Source: Candidatus Undinarchaeota archaeon | GTDB lineage: Archaea; Undinarchaeota; Undinarchaeia; Undinarchaeales; UBA543 | Assembly: GCA_964636545.1 (NCBI GenBank) | Contig: CAZWSR010000003.1 | Coordinates: 13,847-77,846, forward strand | Direction of reading: 5' to 3' | Length of the DNA: 64,000 nucleotides | Position numbers and translations under genes: made by a program | Shown: positions 10,189 through 20,236 of the stretch, piece after piece | Layout: each line of letters opens with the position of its first letter | Position numbering within the stretch: the stretch's first letter is position 1 | Notes under the pieces: generated by a model | The model's input: only the letters and a program-made list of their open reading frames with translations | The model's database searches: none | What the model was told of the DNA's origin: nothing

Positions 10189-10266
10189 TGGTGCCCCGAC
10201 CGGGATTCGAACCCAGGTCCCAGCCTTGAGAAGGCTGAATGATTGACCGGACTACACCATCAGGGC
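10189..10266 (-). tRNA. tRNA-Glu(CTC)
   Basis: GCCCTGA...TCGGGGC A CCA; anticodon arm CAGCC-TTCTCAA-GGCTG; GTTCGAATC. Confidence 0.95.
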
Positions 10267-10325
10267 AACAGCTATCTAAAAATCTACTTCTGATTGTTTT
10301 TAAAGTTTGTTATAGGAATAAATAA

Positions 10326-11003
10326 TCAAACCAGTTTCTTCTGCACATATTTTGGCTTCTTTTTTGGGAACAATAATTTCTTCAATCGCTTGAAAAGTCC
10401 TGTGGACAATCGCCTATATCCGTATGTTATGAAGCTAACACCAATAAAAATTGTTATTGCCTTGCCAATTATTGTCCTTGACATTATTTTTAGAACATCA
10501 ACAAGGGTAATCAAGTTCTGTTGCGACACAAGAGATGCAGTTAAAACAATTGAAGCACCAAGCAGAATATAGAGAAGTCCTTTGAATCGATCTCCTGCTT
10601 CTGCTGTTTTCTCATAAAACACAACAATGTTTTTTTGAGTTGAGTGAAAACCATTACTTACTGACTTTCTAAGGGTCCCGATTTGTTTTGCAGTTTCCTG
10701 ATCCTTGACAAAAACAGCCACTGGCCCCATGTCTTGGCTATCCACATGATCAAGAAGATCTTTTTCAAACTGCTCATCAACTTCTTCCTCAATTGCTTCA
10801 CCAATTTCTTCAAGACTGTCTTCAATAAATTCCTGTTCTTCCTCAGCTGTTGCGTTTTTTGGTAATATTGGTTCTTCAGAATCAGATTTGTTTTCCTTAG
10901 GATTGGTTCTTACAGTATCTAAAATAGATTCAATATCATGATGTTCTTTCTTAGCCCTTGGCTTTTTGCTTTTAGCTTTTTTTGGTGATTTTTTGGGACT
11001 CAT
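10326..11003 (-). CDS. hypothetical membrane protein (basic N-terminus, acidic middle, two TM segments)
   Basis: 225 aa ORF overlapping the asnS stop (ATAG/ATG-type coupling). Confidence 0.65.
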   Translation of the reverse strand: MSPKKSPKKAKSKKPRAKKEHHDIESILDTVRTNPKENKSDSEEPILPKNATAEEEQEFIEDSLEEIGEAIEEEVDEQFEKDLLDHVDSQDMGPVAVFVKDQETAKQIGTLRKSVSNGFHSTQKNIVVFYEKTAEAGDRFKGLLYILLGASIVLTASLVSQQNLITLVDVLKIMSRTIIGKAITIFIGVSFITYGYRRLSTGLFKRLKKLLFPKKKPKYVQKKLV

Positions 11004-12295
11004 GGATGGGACCTATTCATTGTTCTTGGAAAAGTAACAGCTTCCTTGATATTGTCAATGCCACAAATCCATGCTATAACGCGCTCAACACCTACACCAT
11101 AACCAGAATGAGGAACATTTCCATAGCGGCGAAGATCGAAATACCAATCATAATCACCTACAGCTGCATCTTTTTTCTTTGCATCTTTTTTCATCTGCTC
11201 AATGTCAGTTGAGCGCTCAGAACCACCGACAATTTCGCGATATCCTTCAGGAGCTATCATATCAAAACAAAGCGCTACTTTCGGGTTTTTTGGATCAGGA
11301 GGTTTATAAAATGCCATAATTTCTTTTGGATAATAGGTAACAACAACAGGAATTCCGAAATGTTTGCCTAACAGTTCCTCTTCCTTAGTACGAAGATCTT
11401 TACCCCAAGGAACCTTCATTTTGTATTCTTTGTCAAGAATTTTCAAAGCTTCCGTGTAAGTTATCGTGGGATATTTTTCTTTTGCATATTTCTCAAGAAG
11501 TGGAATATCTCGCTCAAGAAGCTTCAGCTCTTCTTTGTTTTCTTTCAGAACTTTTTGAATAATAAATCTGATTTCGTCTTTTGCAACTTCTGTAACTTCG
11601 TCAAGTTTCATCCAGGCAGCTTCCATTTCAGCCATCCAGAATTCAGCAATGTGCATTGAAGTTTTTGATGGCTCTGCTCTGAAAGTAGGAGAAACATCAT
11701 AGATTTTTTCAAGTGCAAATATACCTGCCTCAGCATAAAGTTGCCAAGATTGAGAAAGGTATAAGATTTCATCAAAATATTTGACCTCAAACAGAGTCAT
11801 AGCGCCCTCACACGCATTTGGTGTCAGAACAGGTGGGTCAAATTCAAAATAACCACGACCACGGAAAAATTCATGGATAGCACCCATTACTGTATGACGA
11901 ATTTTGAGTATTGCGGTTAATCGTCTGCTCCTCAGCCAGAGATGGCGGTTATCTAAAAGAAATTCTGGACTTTGATCTTTAGTAATTGGAAACCGCTCTG
12001 CTAAACCAACTATTTCAAGAGAGTCAACATCGATTTCATATCCAGTTGGAGCACGGCCGTCTTTGCGAACTTTGCCAGAAAGCTGAATTGAACTTTCCAT
12101 TGTAACTTTCTTTGCTTCTGAAAATGCTTTCTTGCTATCGGTTTTGACAATTACCTGAATTATTTCAGAAGAATCTCGTAGCACAATAAAAACCTTGTCC
12201 TTAAGCTTCCGCTCCCGATAAACCCAGCCACGGACAGAAACTGTTTTCCCTTCTTGTTTGCTGGAAAGCGCTTGTTTTATGGGAATGAACTCCAT
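11000..12295 (-). CDS. asnS: asparagine--tRNA ligase
   Basis: OB domain VRGWV..LRD, NRHLWLRS, motif 2 FRAE, motif 3 HSGYGVGVERVIAWICG; start moved to MEFIPIK. Confidence 0.9.
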   Translation of the reverse strand: MEFIPIKQALSSKQEGKTVSVRGWVYRERKLKDKVFIVLRDSSEIIQVIVKTDSKKAFSEAKKVTMESSIQLSGKVRKDGRAPTGYEIDVDSLEIVGLAERFPITKDQSPEFLLDNRHLWLRSRRLTAILKIRHTVMGAIHEFFRGRGYFEFDPPVLTPNACEGAMTLFEVKYFDEILYLSQSWQLYAEAGIFALEKIYDVSPTFRAEPSKTSMHIAEFWMAEMEAAWMKLDEVTEVAKDEIRFIIQKVLKENKEELKLLERDIPLLEKYAKEKYPTITYTEALKILDKEYKMKVPWGKDLRTKEEELLGKHFGIPVVVTYYPKEIMAFYKPPDPKNPKVALCFDMIAPEGYREIVGGSERSTDIEQMKKDAKKKDAAVGDYDWYFDLRRYGNVPHSGYGVGVERVIAWICGIDNIKEAVTFPRTMNRSHP

Positions 12296-12595
12296 AGTAT
12301 CATCTAAGTAATCCTTTTTTATAAAGGTTTGTAGCAACCAAATTTTAAGGAAAAGTATATAAACAATATTTTACTAACGTTAAATTAGAAACAACAGAAA
12401 AAGAGATCAAAGCCAGGAACAACCATGAGTTGCCGCTCATGATATTGGTTTTGATGGGTGGTCGATGTGAATTTTAGATAATACTATTTTAGTTACTATC
12501 ACAATTATAAAGAGATAGTAAAACTGAGTATATAAGCATTTCGGAAAAAGTTGGTTTTTCTATTTCTTAAAAAATTTGGAGGCAAAAAAACTAAA

Positions 12596-13699
12596 ATGGA
12601 TTTCCTAGTGAAAAACGCAATAAGCAGAGAAGAAGAAAAGACCTCACCACTCGGTACAATGAATGCAAACATTGTTGTCGTTGGTGCAGGCGGTGCTGGT
12701 AACAACTCAATCACACGATTGATGAGCATGGGTGGAATTAAAGGTGCAAAAAGTGTGATAATGAACACAGATGCCCAGCATTTAGAAATGTCAAAAGCAG
12801 AAAAGAAGCTGTTATTGGGATATGCGCAAACAAAAGGACTTGGAGCAGGCGGATTCCCAGAAATTGGCAGGCAAGCGGCAGAAGCAAGCAAAAACGAGAT
12901 TAAGGACTGTGTAAAAGATGCAAATCTTGTTTTCTTGACATGTGGACTTGGTGGTGGAACTGGAACAGGCGCATTACCAGTTGTTGCTGAGATTGCAAAA
13001 AACTCTGGCGCAATTGTTGTAGCCACTGTCACAACTCCATTTGACCTGGAGAAAGCTCGCCTTGTAAAGGCTGAAGAAGGCCTTGTTGAATTACGCGAAC
13101 ATTGTGACACTGTAATCGTAGTTGACAACAACAAGTTGCTGGAATATGTGCCAGACCTGCCCGTAGATAAAGCTTTTGGGGTTGCTGACGAGCTAATAGC
13201 CACAATGATGAAGGGAATTTCAGAAACAATCACTGTGCCTAGCTTGATGAACCTTGATTATGCAGATGTTAAGTCAATAATGACTGGTGGCGGAGTTGCA
13301 ATGATCGGCGTTGGAGAAGCAGAAGGCAAAAACCGCGTTGAAGAGGCAGTGCACGACGCTATGAACCACCCATTATTGGATGTAGATTACAGAGGCGCAA
13401 GCGGAGCATTGATCCATGTAACAGGTGGACCAGGAATGACTCTTGCTGAAGTTACTGACGCAGGAGACGCTATTTCAGGCGCATTAGACCCAAGTGCCCA
13501 GGTGATATGGGGCGCTAGAATTGACCCACAGATGGAGGGTAAGATTCGAGTTATGACTATCATAACTGGAGTAAAAAGTCCTAACATTATGGGAAAGAGG
13601 CTGAGTATTGGAGACACTGTACCAACAACACAAACATCTAGAATAAGTGCAAAACAGCCACCCTTGATGAAAGAACTGTCCATCGACTATATTTCCTAA
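12596..13699 (+). CDS. ftsZ: cell division protein FtsZ (archaeal FtsZ2 type)
   Basis: GAGGAGNN, GLGGGTGTG, NLDYADV, HPLLDVDYRGASG; GGAGG upstream of MDFLVKNA. Confidence 0.95.
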   Translation: MDFLVKNAISREEEKTSPLGTMNANIVVVGAGGAGNNSITRLMSMGGIKGAKSVIMNTDAQHLEMSKAEKKLLLGYAQTKGLGAGGFPEIGRQAAEASKNEIKDCVKDANLVFLTCGLGGGTGTGALPVVAEIAKNSGAIVVATVTTPFDLEKARLVKAEEGLVELREHCDTVIVVDNNKLLEYVPDLPVDKAFGVADELIATMMKGISETITVPSLMNLDYADVKSIMTGGGVAMIGVGEAEGKNRVEEAVHDAMNHPLLDVDYRGASGALIHVTGGPGMTLAEVTDAGDAISGALDPSAQVIWGARIDPQMEGKIRVMTIITGVKSPNIMGKRLSIGDTVPTTQTSRISAKQPPLMKELSIDYIS

Positions 13700-13985
13700 G
13701 AACCTTTCTTTGGTTCTACTCTAGGAAAGCCATTCAAGCAGGGTCCCACCCACTATTTTTTAAGGGGGCCCTGCTTCCCACCCCTGTCAATATTTGAATT
13801 GGTTAAATTGGTTAATTGGTTATTGGATGGAAGTGCAGGGGACACTTCGTACTGCATGAAGCCCACTTCAGTAGTTTAAATTTGCGAAGCTGAAGGGGCT
13901 TAAACAATTCTATAGAAATTGGTTCGGTCTGCTATTTTTTGTTAAAATAGTAGTAATTATTTGCCATATAGACATTAATTAGGCC

Positions 13986-14020
13986 AAAAAAATGCTCTGA
14001 GGGTTTTAAACCCCAGAGCT
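13986..14020 (-). terminator. hairpin plus U-tract terminator of the surface glycoprotein gene
   Basis: GCTCTG-AGGGTTT/TAAACCC-CAGAGC stem followed on the minus strand by T7. Confidence 0.65.
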
Positions 14021-14033
14021 ATATCATTAATGC

Positions 14034-17000
14034 TTACTTCTTTTTGAGTGACCAGTATGCAATACCAGCTACTACAACCACTATTACAATCAACCAGTAT
14101 ACCCAAGTTGGGATGTCCATTGCTGTTGAAGGCACTGTTGTCTCAGTAGTGTCTTCTGCATCACCAGTTGAAACAACTGATGGACCATCATCTGCGCTGG
14201 AAGGTGCAGGTGTGTCAGCAACTGTTGTGTCACCTGTTCTTGCTGCAGCGAAACCAGATTCAACCTTAGTCACAGTAATGTCTGCAATTCCACGTTTCAC
14301 ACCGTTCAAGGTCAGTTTCAAGTCACTAATAGAATCACCATTCAAGTCAACATACTTTGGAGTAGCAATCTTCAAAGTGTAAGACATTGGAGTTGATGCA
14401 ATTGTAACAACTGCATAACCACTACCAACTTCTCTAACTGTCAGTGTATGGCTTTCTGAACTTGATGAACCAGTATCCTGGTCAAACACTTCAATGCTTA
14501 CGCCCATTACATCATCTGCAACCAACTGAACATTTGCTTCTTCAACAATGTTGTTTGTTGCAGAATCAATAGCTTCTTCGAAGTATTGCTCGATTGGAGT
14601 TGGACTAGAAGCAGTACCACCACTACCAGCACCGCCAGAGCCTGCACCAGAAGTATCTTCCTCTCCGCCACCACAGGTAGCAGTTGTGAAGTCCCAGGTG
14701 TATTGAGTTGCAAGTGAGTTGTTGGCAGAATCCTCAACTGAAGTTTCTATGGTTGCATTATACTTTGTACCACAAGTCAAGGAGTTGTTTGGATTCATAG
14801 TTATTGTAGTGTTATCGCTTGTGCTTATTACATTGCCAATACCAGTACCATCTGTTTTATTGATCCATAAGTTGGTCACTGTGATTGTGCTCATATCCAT
14901 CTTGTCATTAAATGTAATCACAATATCGTCAGTGATATCAACACCAGTGTTTCCATCACCAGGTACAGTTAATGTTACATTTGGCTGCTCATCATCCTGT
15001 GCTCTTATTTCTAGCTCAATACCACTGAAGTGAGGAACTCTAATCCAAATCATTTCTTCAGCTGGAGTGATGTAAGCAAAGGAAGTACCAGTAGCTAGTT
15101 TAACAGCAGTTGTGTTGTTAACAATCATACCAGTTCCATTCCAGTAAGTTGAGTAACTGAAGTACCTGTTGGTTATAGGAGTGTCATTCCACTCTTCATA
15201 CAAGAATGTAGATGCATTAACTAAAGGAGTTGATCCATTTGGATTCCACTCAACATTCCAATTCTCATCATAGAAGTTGAGAACAGATACATTGATGATA
15301 CCAGTTTCATTGAACCTTGAGTCATTATATGGAAGTCCAAGGATTACATAATCATATGAATCGCGTGGGATAAAGCTACCAACAATCCAAGTTTCAACTA
15401 AATTAGAATCACTTTCTGTATTGTTTGAATTGTCATCTTCTGTCTTTATAGAAGTTCTGTTGAAGTGAACATCAGGTACAACACCAACTAAAGAGTTAAC
15501 ACCAGCATAGTGCACAGTGAAGTTAGTTGCTACATCAACAACTCTCAAACTGTAGTTTCCACCACCTAGGGCAGTTTGTAATACATCAAAGTCTCCTGCA
15601 GAGTAGTTGTAACCACCAGAAGGCTGATCTGGGAATTGAGCAGTACATGGACCAGATGCATTAGAGAAGTTACCTTCATTACAGGTTGTGTTGTGTGTTA
15701 ATCTCTGTACAGTTACACTTGGAAGTGAAGTTCCATCACGCTGAGAGTTCTTGTAGGAATCCATTGTCAATGTAACGGAAGTTCCAGACAAGTTACCTGC
15801 AACAAGACCAACTGCTTTGTATGAGGAAAATCTAGTATCAGTGGTGTACACATTTATCTTGTCAATTGGTGCGCTGAACACAGGTATGGAGAAGTTTCCA
15901 TTACCACCAGTTCCGCGAACAGACTTGACCCAAGTAAATGCAGTTGTGTTGTTGTTCATACTAGTATCATTAACATATGCAGTGTAGTTCACATCAACTG
16001 TAACATGTGCATATCTTGGACTGACATTGCCGTTTGTTAAGTTGAAGGTCATCAACTTAGATGTTACTGTCCAAGGTGTACTCTCATATGTACTATTAGG
16101 AATAGAGATATTATATACGTCTCCTTGAAGCTCGTATGCAGTCATTGCAAAGTCAGTTATATTGAATGTATTATACCCTTGTGCAGCTGCGCCATCAACA
16201 ACCATTGTGATGTTTCTAAATGCACCATAATAGGTAAGGTTGCTCTCAACACAAGTTGCTCCGCCGGAACAATTGGTTAATGCAGCAAACAACATAATTG
16301 TAATGTTCTCAGATGATTTGTTACCATCCAAAGACAAAGATGAATTTGCATCGCCTACTGGAAGAGTTATGTTGAAATTACCAGTTGCAGGAATATATAT
16401 ATCAGTGTATGTTGAGCCTGCAATTCCACTTAAATTGAAAGGCAACATACCATCTTCATCAAGACGCCCCTTACCATCCATTATCCATGCCATCATAGTC
16501 ATGTTGTCAAAGGTATTACTTGTCCCATTATCAACTGTTGTAACATTACCTGAAACCCAAATAAATGGAAGTTCATTAAGAGTATCATTAACTTTCCTGA
16601 CACCAGGAGCTAACAATGTTACATTGTTACACAATGAGAATGCAACAATTGAACTTGTATTGTAGATGTGGTAAGTAAATGGTATTGAAGTGTTTGGATA
16701 TACCATCATAGTGTAGTTTCTTCCTCTTGGCAAACCAACTGAAAGATGAGTTACACCAGCTTTGAGCTCTTCATATACAACAAAACTTGTGTTCGCATCA
16801 TATATCTTATATTTGAAAGTTAGGTTGATTGCACCTGTTAAATCAGCATCAAGAGATTCGCCTAATCTAAGATCGAGATCATCACCAGATGTGTTGTTCA
16901 TTACAGTTACATTAAGTGTGTATGCTTCCTGGATGTAGACACTTAAGTTAGATAGTGTGTGTAGTTCTGTAACAGATATTGGAGGTAGGAATGAACCTGT

Positions 17001-17354
17001 AAAGTTCTTAGTAGCAGCAGGAGTTCCATTCAGTACACGTAGTTTGTATGTGTAACCACCAGTGTTCCAGTTTCCAGAAGTATTATTGTAGATACCAGTT
17101 ATGTTCCAGGTACCATTGTGATCAGAAACACTCCAGTTTGTGAAAACTTCAGTTGTGCCATTATAAACTTGTATTGACACATTCATTCCAGCAGCAGTGT
17201 TTCCAGAAGTATTATAAACCATACCAGAAAGATTGAAAGTTTCATTCATTCTAGCAGAGTTACATTTTTCTGCAGCAGTACATGCAGCTTGTGCACTGCC
17301 TGCAATGCAGAGCAGTGTTAGTAGTATAGCAAAAAATACAATTGTTTTTTTCAT
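14034..17354 (-). CDS. large cell-surface (S-layer-like) glycoprotein with Ig-like domain and C-terminal membrane anchor
   Basis: Signal peptide MKKTIVFFAILL...AQA, very many N-x-S/T sequons, Big_5-like segment (P.D....V.....I.ITFN..MD), Gly/Ser/Thr linkers, C-terminal TM plus KKK. Confidence 0.8.
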   Translation of the reverse strand: MKKTIVFFAILLTLLCIAGSAQAACTAAEKCNSARMNETFNLSGMVYNTSGNTAAGMNVSIQVYNGTTEVFTNWSVSDHNGTWNITGIYNNTSGNWNTGGYTYKLRVLNGTPAATKNFTGSFLPPISVTELHTLSNLSVYIQEAYTLNVTVMNNTSGDDLDLRLGESLDADLTGAINLTFKYKIYDANTSFVVYEELKAGVTHLSVGLPRGRNYTMMVYPNTSIPFTYHIYNTSSIVAFSLCNNVTLLAPGVRKVNDTLNELPFIWVSGNVTTVDNGTSNTFDNMTMMAWIMDGKGRLDEDGMLPFNLSGIAGSTYTDIYIPATGNFNITLPVGDANSSLSLDGNKSSENITIMLFAALTNCSGGATCVESNLTYYGAFRNITMVVDGAAAQGYNTFNITDFAMTAYELQGDVYNISIPNSTYESTPWTVTSKLMTFNLTNGNVSPRYAHVTVDVNYTAYVNDTSMNNNTTAFTWVKSVRGTGGNGNFSIPVFSAPIDKINVYTTDTRFSSYKAVGLVAGNLSGTSVTLTMDSYKNSQRDGTSLPSVTVQRLTHNTTCNEGNFSNASGPCTAQFPDQPSGGYNYSAGDFDVLQTALGGGNYSLRVVDVATNFTVHYAGVNSLVGVVPDVHFNRTSIKTEDDNSNNTESDSNLVETWIVGSFIPRDSYDYVILGLPYNDSRFNETGIINVSVLNFYDENWNVEWNPNGSTPLVNASTFLYEEWNDTPITNRYFSYSTYWNGTGMIVNNTTAVKLATGTSFAYITPAEEMIWIRVPHFSGIELEIRAQDDEQPNVTLTVPGDGNTGVDITDDIVITFNDKMDMSTITVTNLWINKTDGTGIGNVISTSDNTTITMNPNNSLTCGTKYNATIETSVEDSANNSLATQYTWDFTTATCGGGEEDTSGAGSGGAGSGGTASSPTPIEQYFEEAIDSATNNIVEEANVQLVADDVMGVSIEVFDQDTGSSSSESHTLTVREVGSGYAVVTIASTPMSYTLKIATPKYVDLNGDSISDLKLTLNGVKRGIADITVTKVESGFAAARTGDTTVADTPAPSSADDGPSVVSTGDAEDTTETTVPSTAMDIPTWVYWLIVIVVVVAGIAYWSLKKK

Positions 17355-17471
17355 TGGATTCCCCATTCTGAACGAAGCTAGTTACATAACCTTTATATAC
17401 CTTTCGCCGAGGTCAAAAAAATCTAAAACCGATAGCAAGCAAGGTAGAAATTCGTAAAAAGTGTGAAAAAA

Positions 17472-19145
17472 TTACTTGTGAGAGAGGATAAATTTATTTT
17501 TTGTTTCTTTTTTGCAGAACCCAAATCTCTCAAACTGGACAACGCCTTCCGGTTTTATGTCAGCAACTACAGCTTCAGCTTTTCCTTTAATTTTTTTCAA
17601 ACCATCTTTTCCAACTTCGCCAGGGACAGTAACTTCAATTTCAATGTTCTCTTCAGTAACCCACTGTATCTTGCTTGTGTTTGGTTTGACTTCAACTGAA
17701 TCAAATTCTGCTTTACCTTTTCCAATATATTTGACATTAAATAAATCCTTTAATCTGAAAATATTTCCCTTTTTCAAATTCTTTTCATCATCAGAACTGA
17801 TGTAAAAAATATCATTTGTTTTTACTTTTCGTGTTCCGTGCTCTGGATGATTTGGATGCATTTTTAGCTCAGCTGTTTTTCCAGTAGCGCCCTTGACAGT
17901 GAGCTTAACTGGAGTTGGAACAAAGAAATATCTGTCTGCTTGCTCATCCAAAATCTTCCGGTTGATACCGAAAATGGTTTTGTAATCAATAGTAGTTGAG
18001 CTCTTTGTCATCCGAACTTCCAATGCAAGTTGGCGCAAAGTCTCTGGTAAAATACCTCGTTTTTTCAATCCTTTAATTGTCACAAGTCGTGGATCATCCC
18101 AGCCAGTTACGTCGCCGCTATCGATTAATGGTTGGATTTCTCTTTTGGAAGTTGGAGCACCACTTGTATTTATTCTAGAGTAGGAAATAATTTCAGGATT
18201 TTTGTAGCCAAGAAGTTCGCGTAATTTGTTCTGCAGTTCATCCCTTTGCACAAATTCATTTGACCTTAGCACATGAGTTATTCCGCTTTCAGCATCAGCA
18301 ATTGAATTTGCAAAATCATAAAGTGGCCACACACGGTACTTTTTCTTCTGTAATGGATGACTGTCCTCAACAATTCTGAAAAGAGTTGGATCGCGCATCA
18401 CACTGTTTTTTGCCTGCATGTCTGCTTTCAACCTAAGGACTGCTGTTCCTTTTTCCATATCTTTCAGCATTTTGTTCCAGAGTTCAAGGTTCTTCTTTGC
18501 ATCCTGTTTCCTGCATTTGCAATCTTTTCCATCATATCTATTTTTTCTGGACGTCTCAACAGGACATGAACAAATATACACATAATTATTTTTTATCAAC
18601 TGTTCTGCTTTCTCATAAAAAAGATCAATAAAATCTGAGTCGTTTTTCCTCTCTATATATATTATACCAAGCCAGTCAATATCTTCAGCAATTGAATCAT
18701 AGAATTCTTTTTTTTCTTTTCCAGGATTTGTATCCTCGAATCTCAGTAAAAGTTTGCCTTTGTACTTCTTGGCGTAATACTCATTAAAGAAAAATGAAAT
18801 TGCGTGGCCAATATGCATGTGCCCATTTGGCTCAGGTGGTAGACGAGTTACAACTTTTCCAATTTTTGCATTTGGTAATTCCGGAAGCTCGCGAGGCCCT
18901 TCCTTCTCTTTTGGTTTGAAAAAGTCTGGCCAGAGTTCAAGTAATCTTTTTTCCTGATCATCAGCTCTCATCAAGTTCACTTTGTTTGTTACCTCTGCAA
19001 TCTGATTTTGAATTTTCTTAATATTGTTCTTGAGCTTTGGATCTTCAGAAAGCACTCTGCCAATAACAGCGCCAATGTTCGCTTTTCCATTATGCTGCAC
19101 AGCATTTGCAAGTGCGTGCTTCTCAATTAACTCATCAGGTTTCAT
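17472..19145 (-). CDS. gltX: glutamate--tRNA ligase (archaeal type)
   Basis: RLPPEPNGHMHIGH, RFEDTNP, TSKR, GWDDPRL, QFERFGF. Confidence 0.95.
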   Translation of the reverse strand: MKPDELIEKHALANAVQHNGKANIGAVIGRVLSEDPKLKNNIKKIQNQIAEVTNKVNLMRADDQEKRLLELWPDFFKPKEKEGPRELPELPNAKIGKVVTRLPPEPNGHMHIGHAISFFFNEYYAKKYKGKLLLRFEDTNPGKEKKEFYDSIAEDIDWLGIIYIERKNDSDFIDLFYEKAEQLIKNNYVYICSCPVETSRKNRYDGKDCKCRKQDAKKNLELWNKMLKDMEKGTAVLRLKADMQAKNSVMRDPTLFRIVEDSHPLQKKKYRVWPLYDFANSIADAESGITHVLRSNEFVQRDELQNKLRELLGYKNPEIISYSRINTSGAPTSKREIQPLIDSGDVTGWDDPRLVTIKGLKKRGILPETLRQLALEVRMTKSSTTIDYKTIFGINRKILDEQADRYFFVPTPVKLTVKGATGKTAELKMHPNHPEHGTRKVKTNDIFYISSDDEKNLKKGNIFRLKDLFNVKYIGKGKAEFDSVEVKPNTSKIQWVTEENIEIEVTVPGEVGKDGLKKIKGKAEAVVADIKPEGVVQFERFGFCKKETKNKFILSHK

Positions 19146-19206
19146 TGTTGATTGGGTAAGATGTTGTATTATATAAATGGTTTGAGTTAGTTGAATTATA
19201 TATTAA

Positions 19207-19271
19207 GGTAGTAGGCAGTTGGCACTAGGTAGTAGGTCTTACCCACTGCCCCCTGCCCACCACCCACAACC
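19207..19271. repeat. inverted 7-nt arrays (hairpin), family B
   Basis: GGTAGTA GGCAGTT GGCACTA GGTAGTA GG tctta CCCACTG CCCCCTG CCCACCA CCCACAA CC. Confidence 0.85.
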
Positions 19272-19330
19272 TTAACAAACAAGTCAGCTGATTAGTTACT
19301 TTTATAAACTTGCCAGAATAATCCCCAACT

Positions 19331-20236
19331 ATGGTAAAACACGAACTTGTAACATGGGTCAAAGATGGTCTAACAAAAGGCCATGAACTTGAGAAATTAT
19401 TAAGCAATCTCAAGACGCAGGGTTATCCTGATGTTGATATTGTTGAAGTGCGTTCTCATGTCACAGGGAAAAAACCAGCTCCAAAAATCCAAGCGAAATC
19501 AGTAGGAGGGGGCACATTTATGCAAGTTATGCGCTGGCTAAGTGGAATATTTTTTGAGCCACATAATACAATCAAACAAATTGCAGATCATGCCAGACAC
19601 ATCCATGTTGCACTTATGGGTGGAATAGCAGTTGCAGTTGTTTTCAGTGCATTTTTGTTAAACAGTATAATGATAGAAGGACTACAAACTTTGCCGTCAC
19701 AAGTGATGAGCAAATTCAGTTTAATAATTTCACCACAAGGAAGTTTTGCAAAAGTCATTGGTTTTGGTGAGCTCTCAATTTCAGGAATTTTCGCAAACAT
19801 AATTGCAGGGGTTCTGCACTATTTCATTCCACTGCTTGGTATCGCTTTCTTAGCACATATGATCCTAAAAGGAATCTATCAGAAAAATAATATGTGGACT
19901 GCTTACAAAGCAATTGGAATACCGTACGGAGCTGGAACAATTGCAATAAGTTTACTAAATCTTTTGCTTGTTCCATTCCTTTTCATTGCAGAGCAAGTTG
20001 GATCAGCAAGCTTTTTTGCAAAAGCAATTACAGGCGTGATATTAATTGTGCAAATGGGAATAATCTTTTTTGGAATTGCAATTGCAATTTACACTTATGT
20101 GGCATATGCAATGGTAATAAAAGAAAAATACGAAACCAAAACATTGATGGCAATTGGAGTTTCAGTTGTAAGTGGCTTCTTTGTTGTAAAAGTGATTCTA
20201 CCGCTTTTGGTTCTTCTTGTTGCAAGCTTATTCTAG
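19331..20236 (+). CDS. membrane protein, YIP1-like
   Basis: Soluble N-terminus, then about 5 TM segments; IFFEPHNTIKQI resembles the YIP1 N-terminal motif. Confidence 0.6.
   Translation: MVKHELVTWVKDGLTKGHELEKLLSNLKTQGYPDVDIVEVRSHVTGKKPAPKIQAKSVGGGTFMQVMRWLSGIFFEPHNTIKQIADHARHIHVALMGGIAVAVVFSAFLLNSIMIEGLQTLPSQVMSKFSLIISPQGSFAKVIGFGELSISGIFANIIAGVLHYFIPLLGIAFLAHMILKGIYQKNNMWTAYKAIGIPYGAGTIAISLLNLLLVPFLFIAEQVGSASFFAKAITGVILIVQMGIIFFGIAIAIYTYVAYAMVIKEKYETKTLMAIGVSVVSGFFVVKVILPLLVLLVASLF

Noticed and set aside
9081-10266. Integrated element between the two tRNAs
   Set aside because: No integrase and no tRNA-end duplication; only an EamA transporter lies between them.
12505-13233. 242-aa antisense ORF over ftsZ and the many similar shadow ORFs (for example 60966-61682, 8269-8814)
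   Set aside because: They lie opposite or out of frame to well-supported genes and have no motifs.
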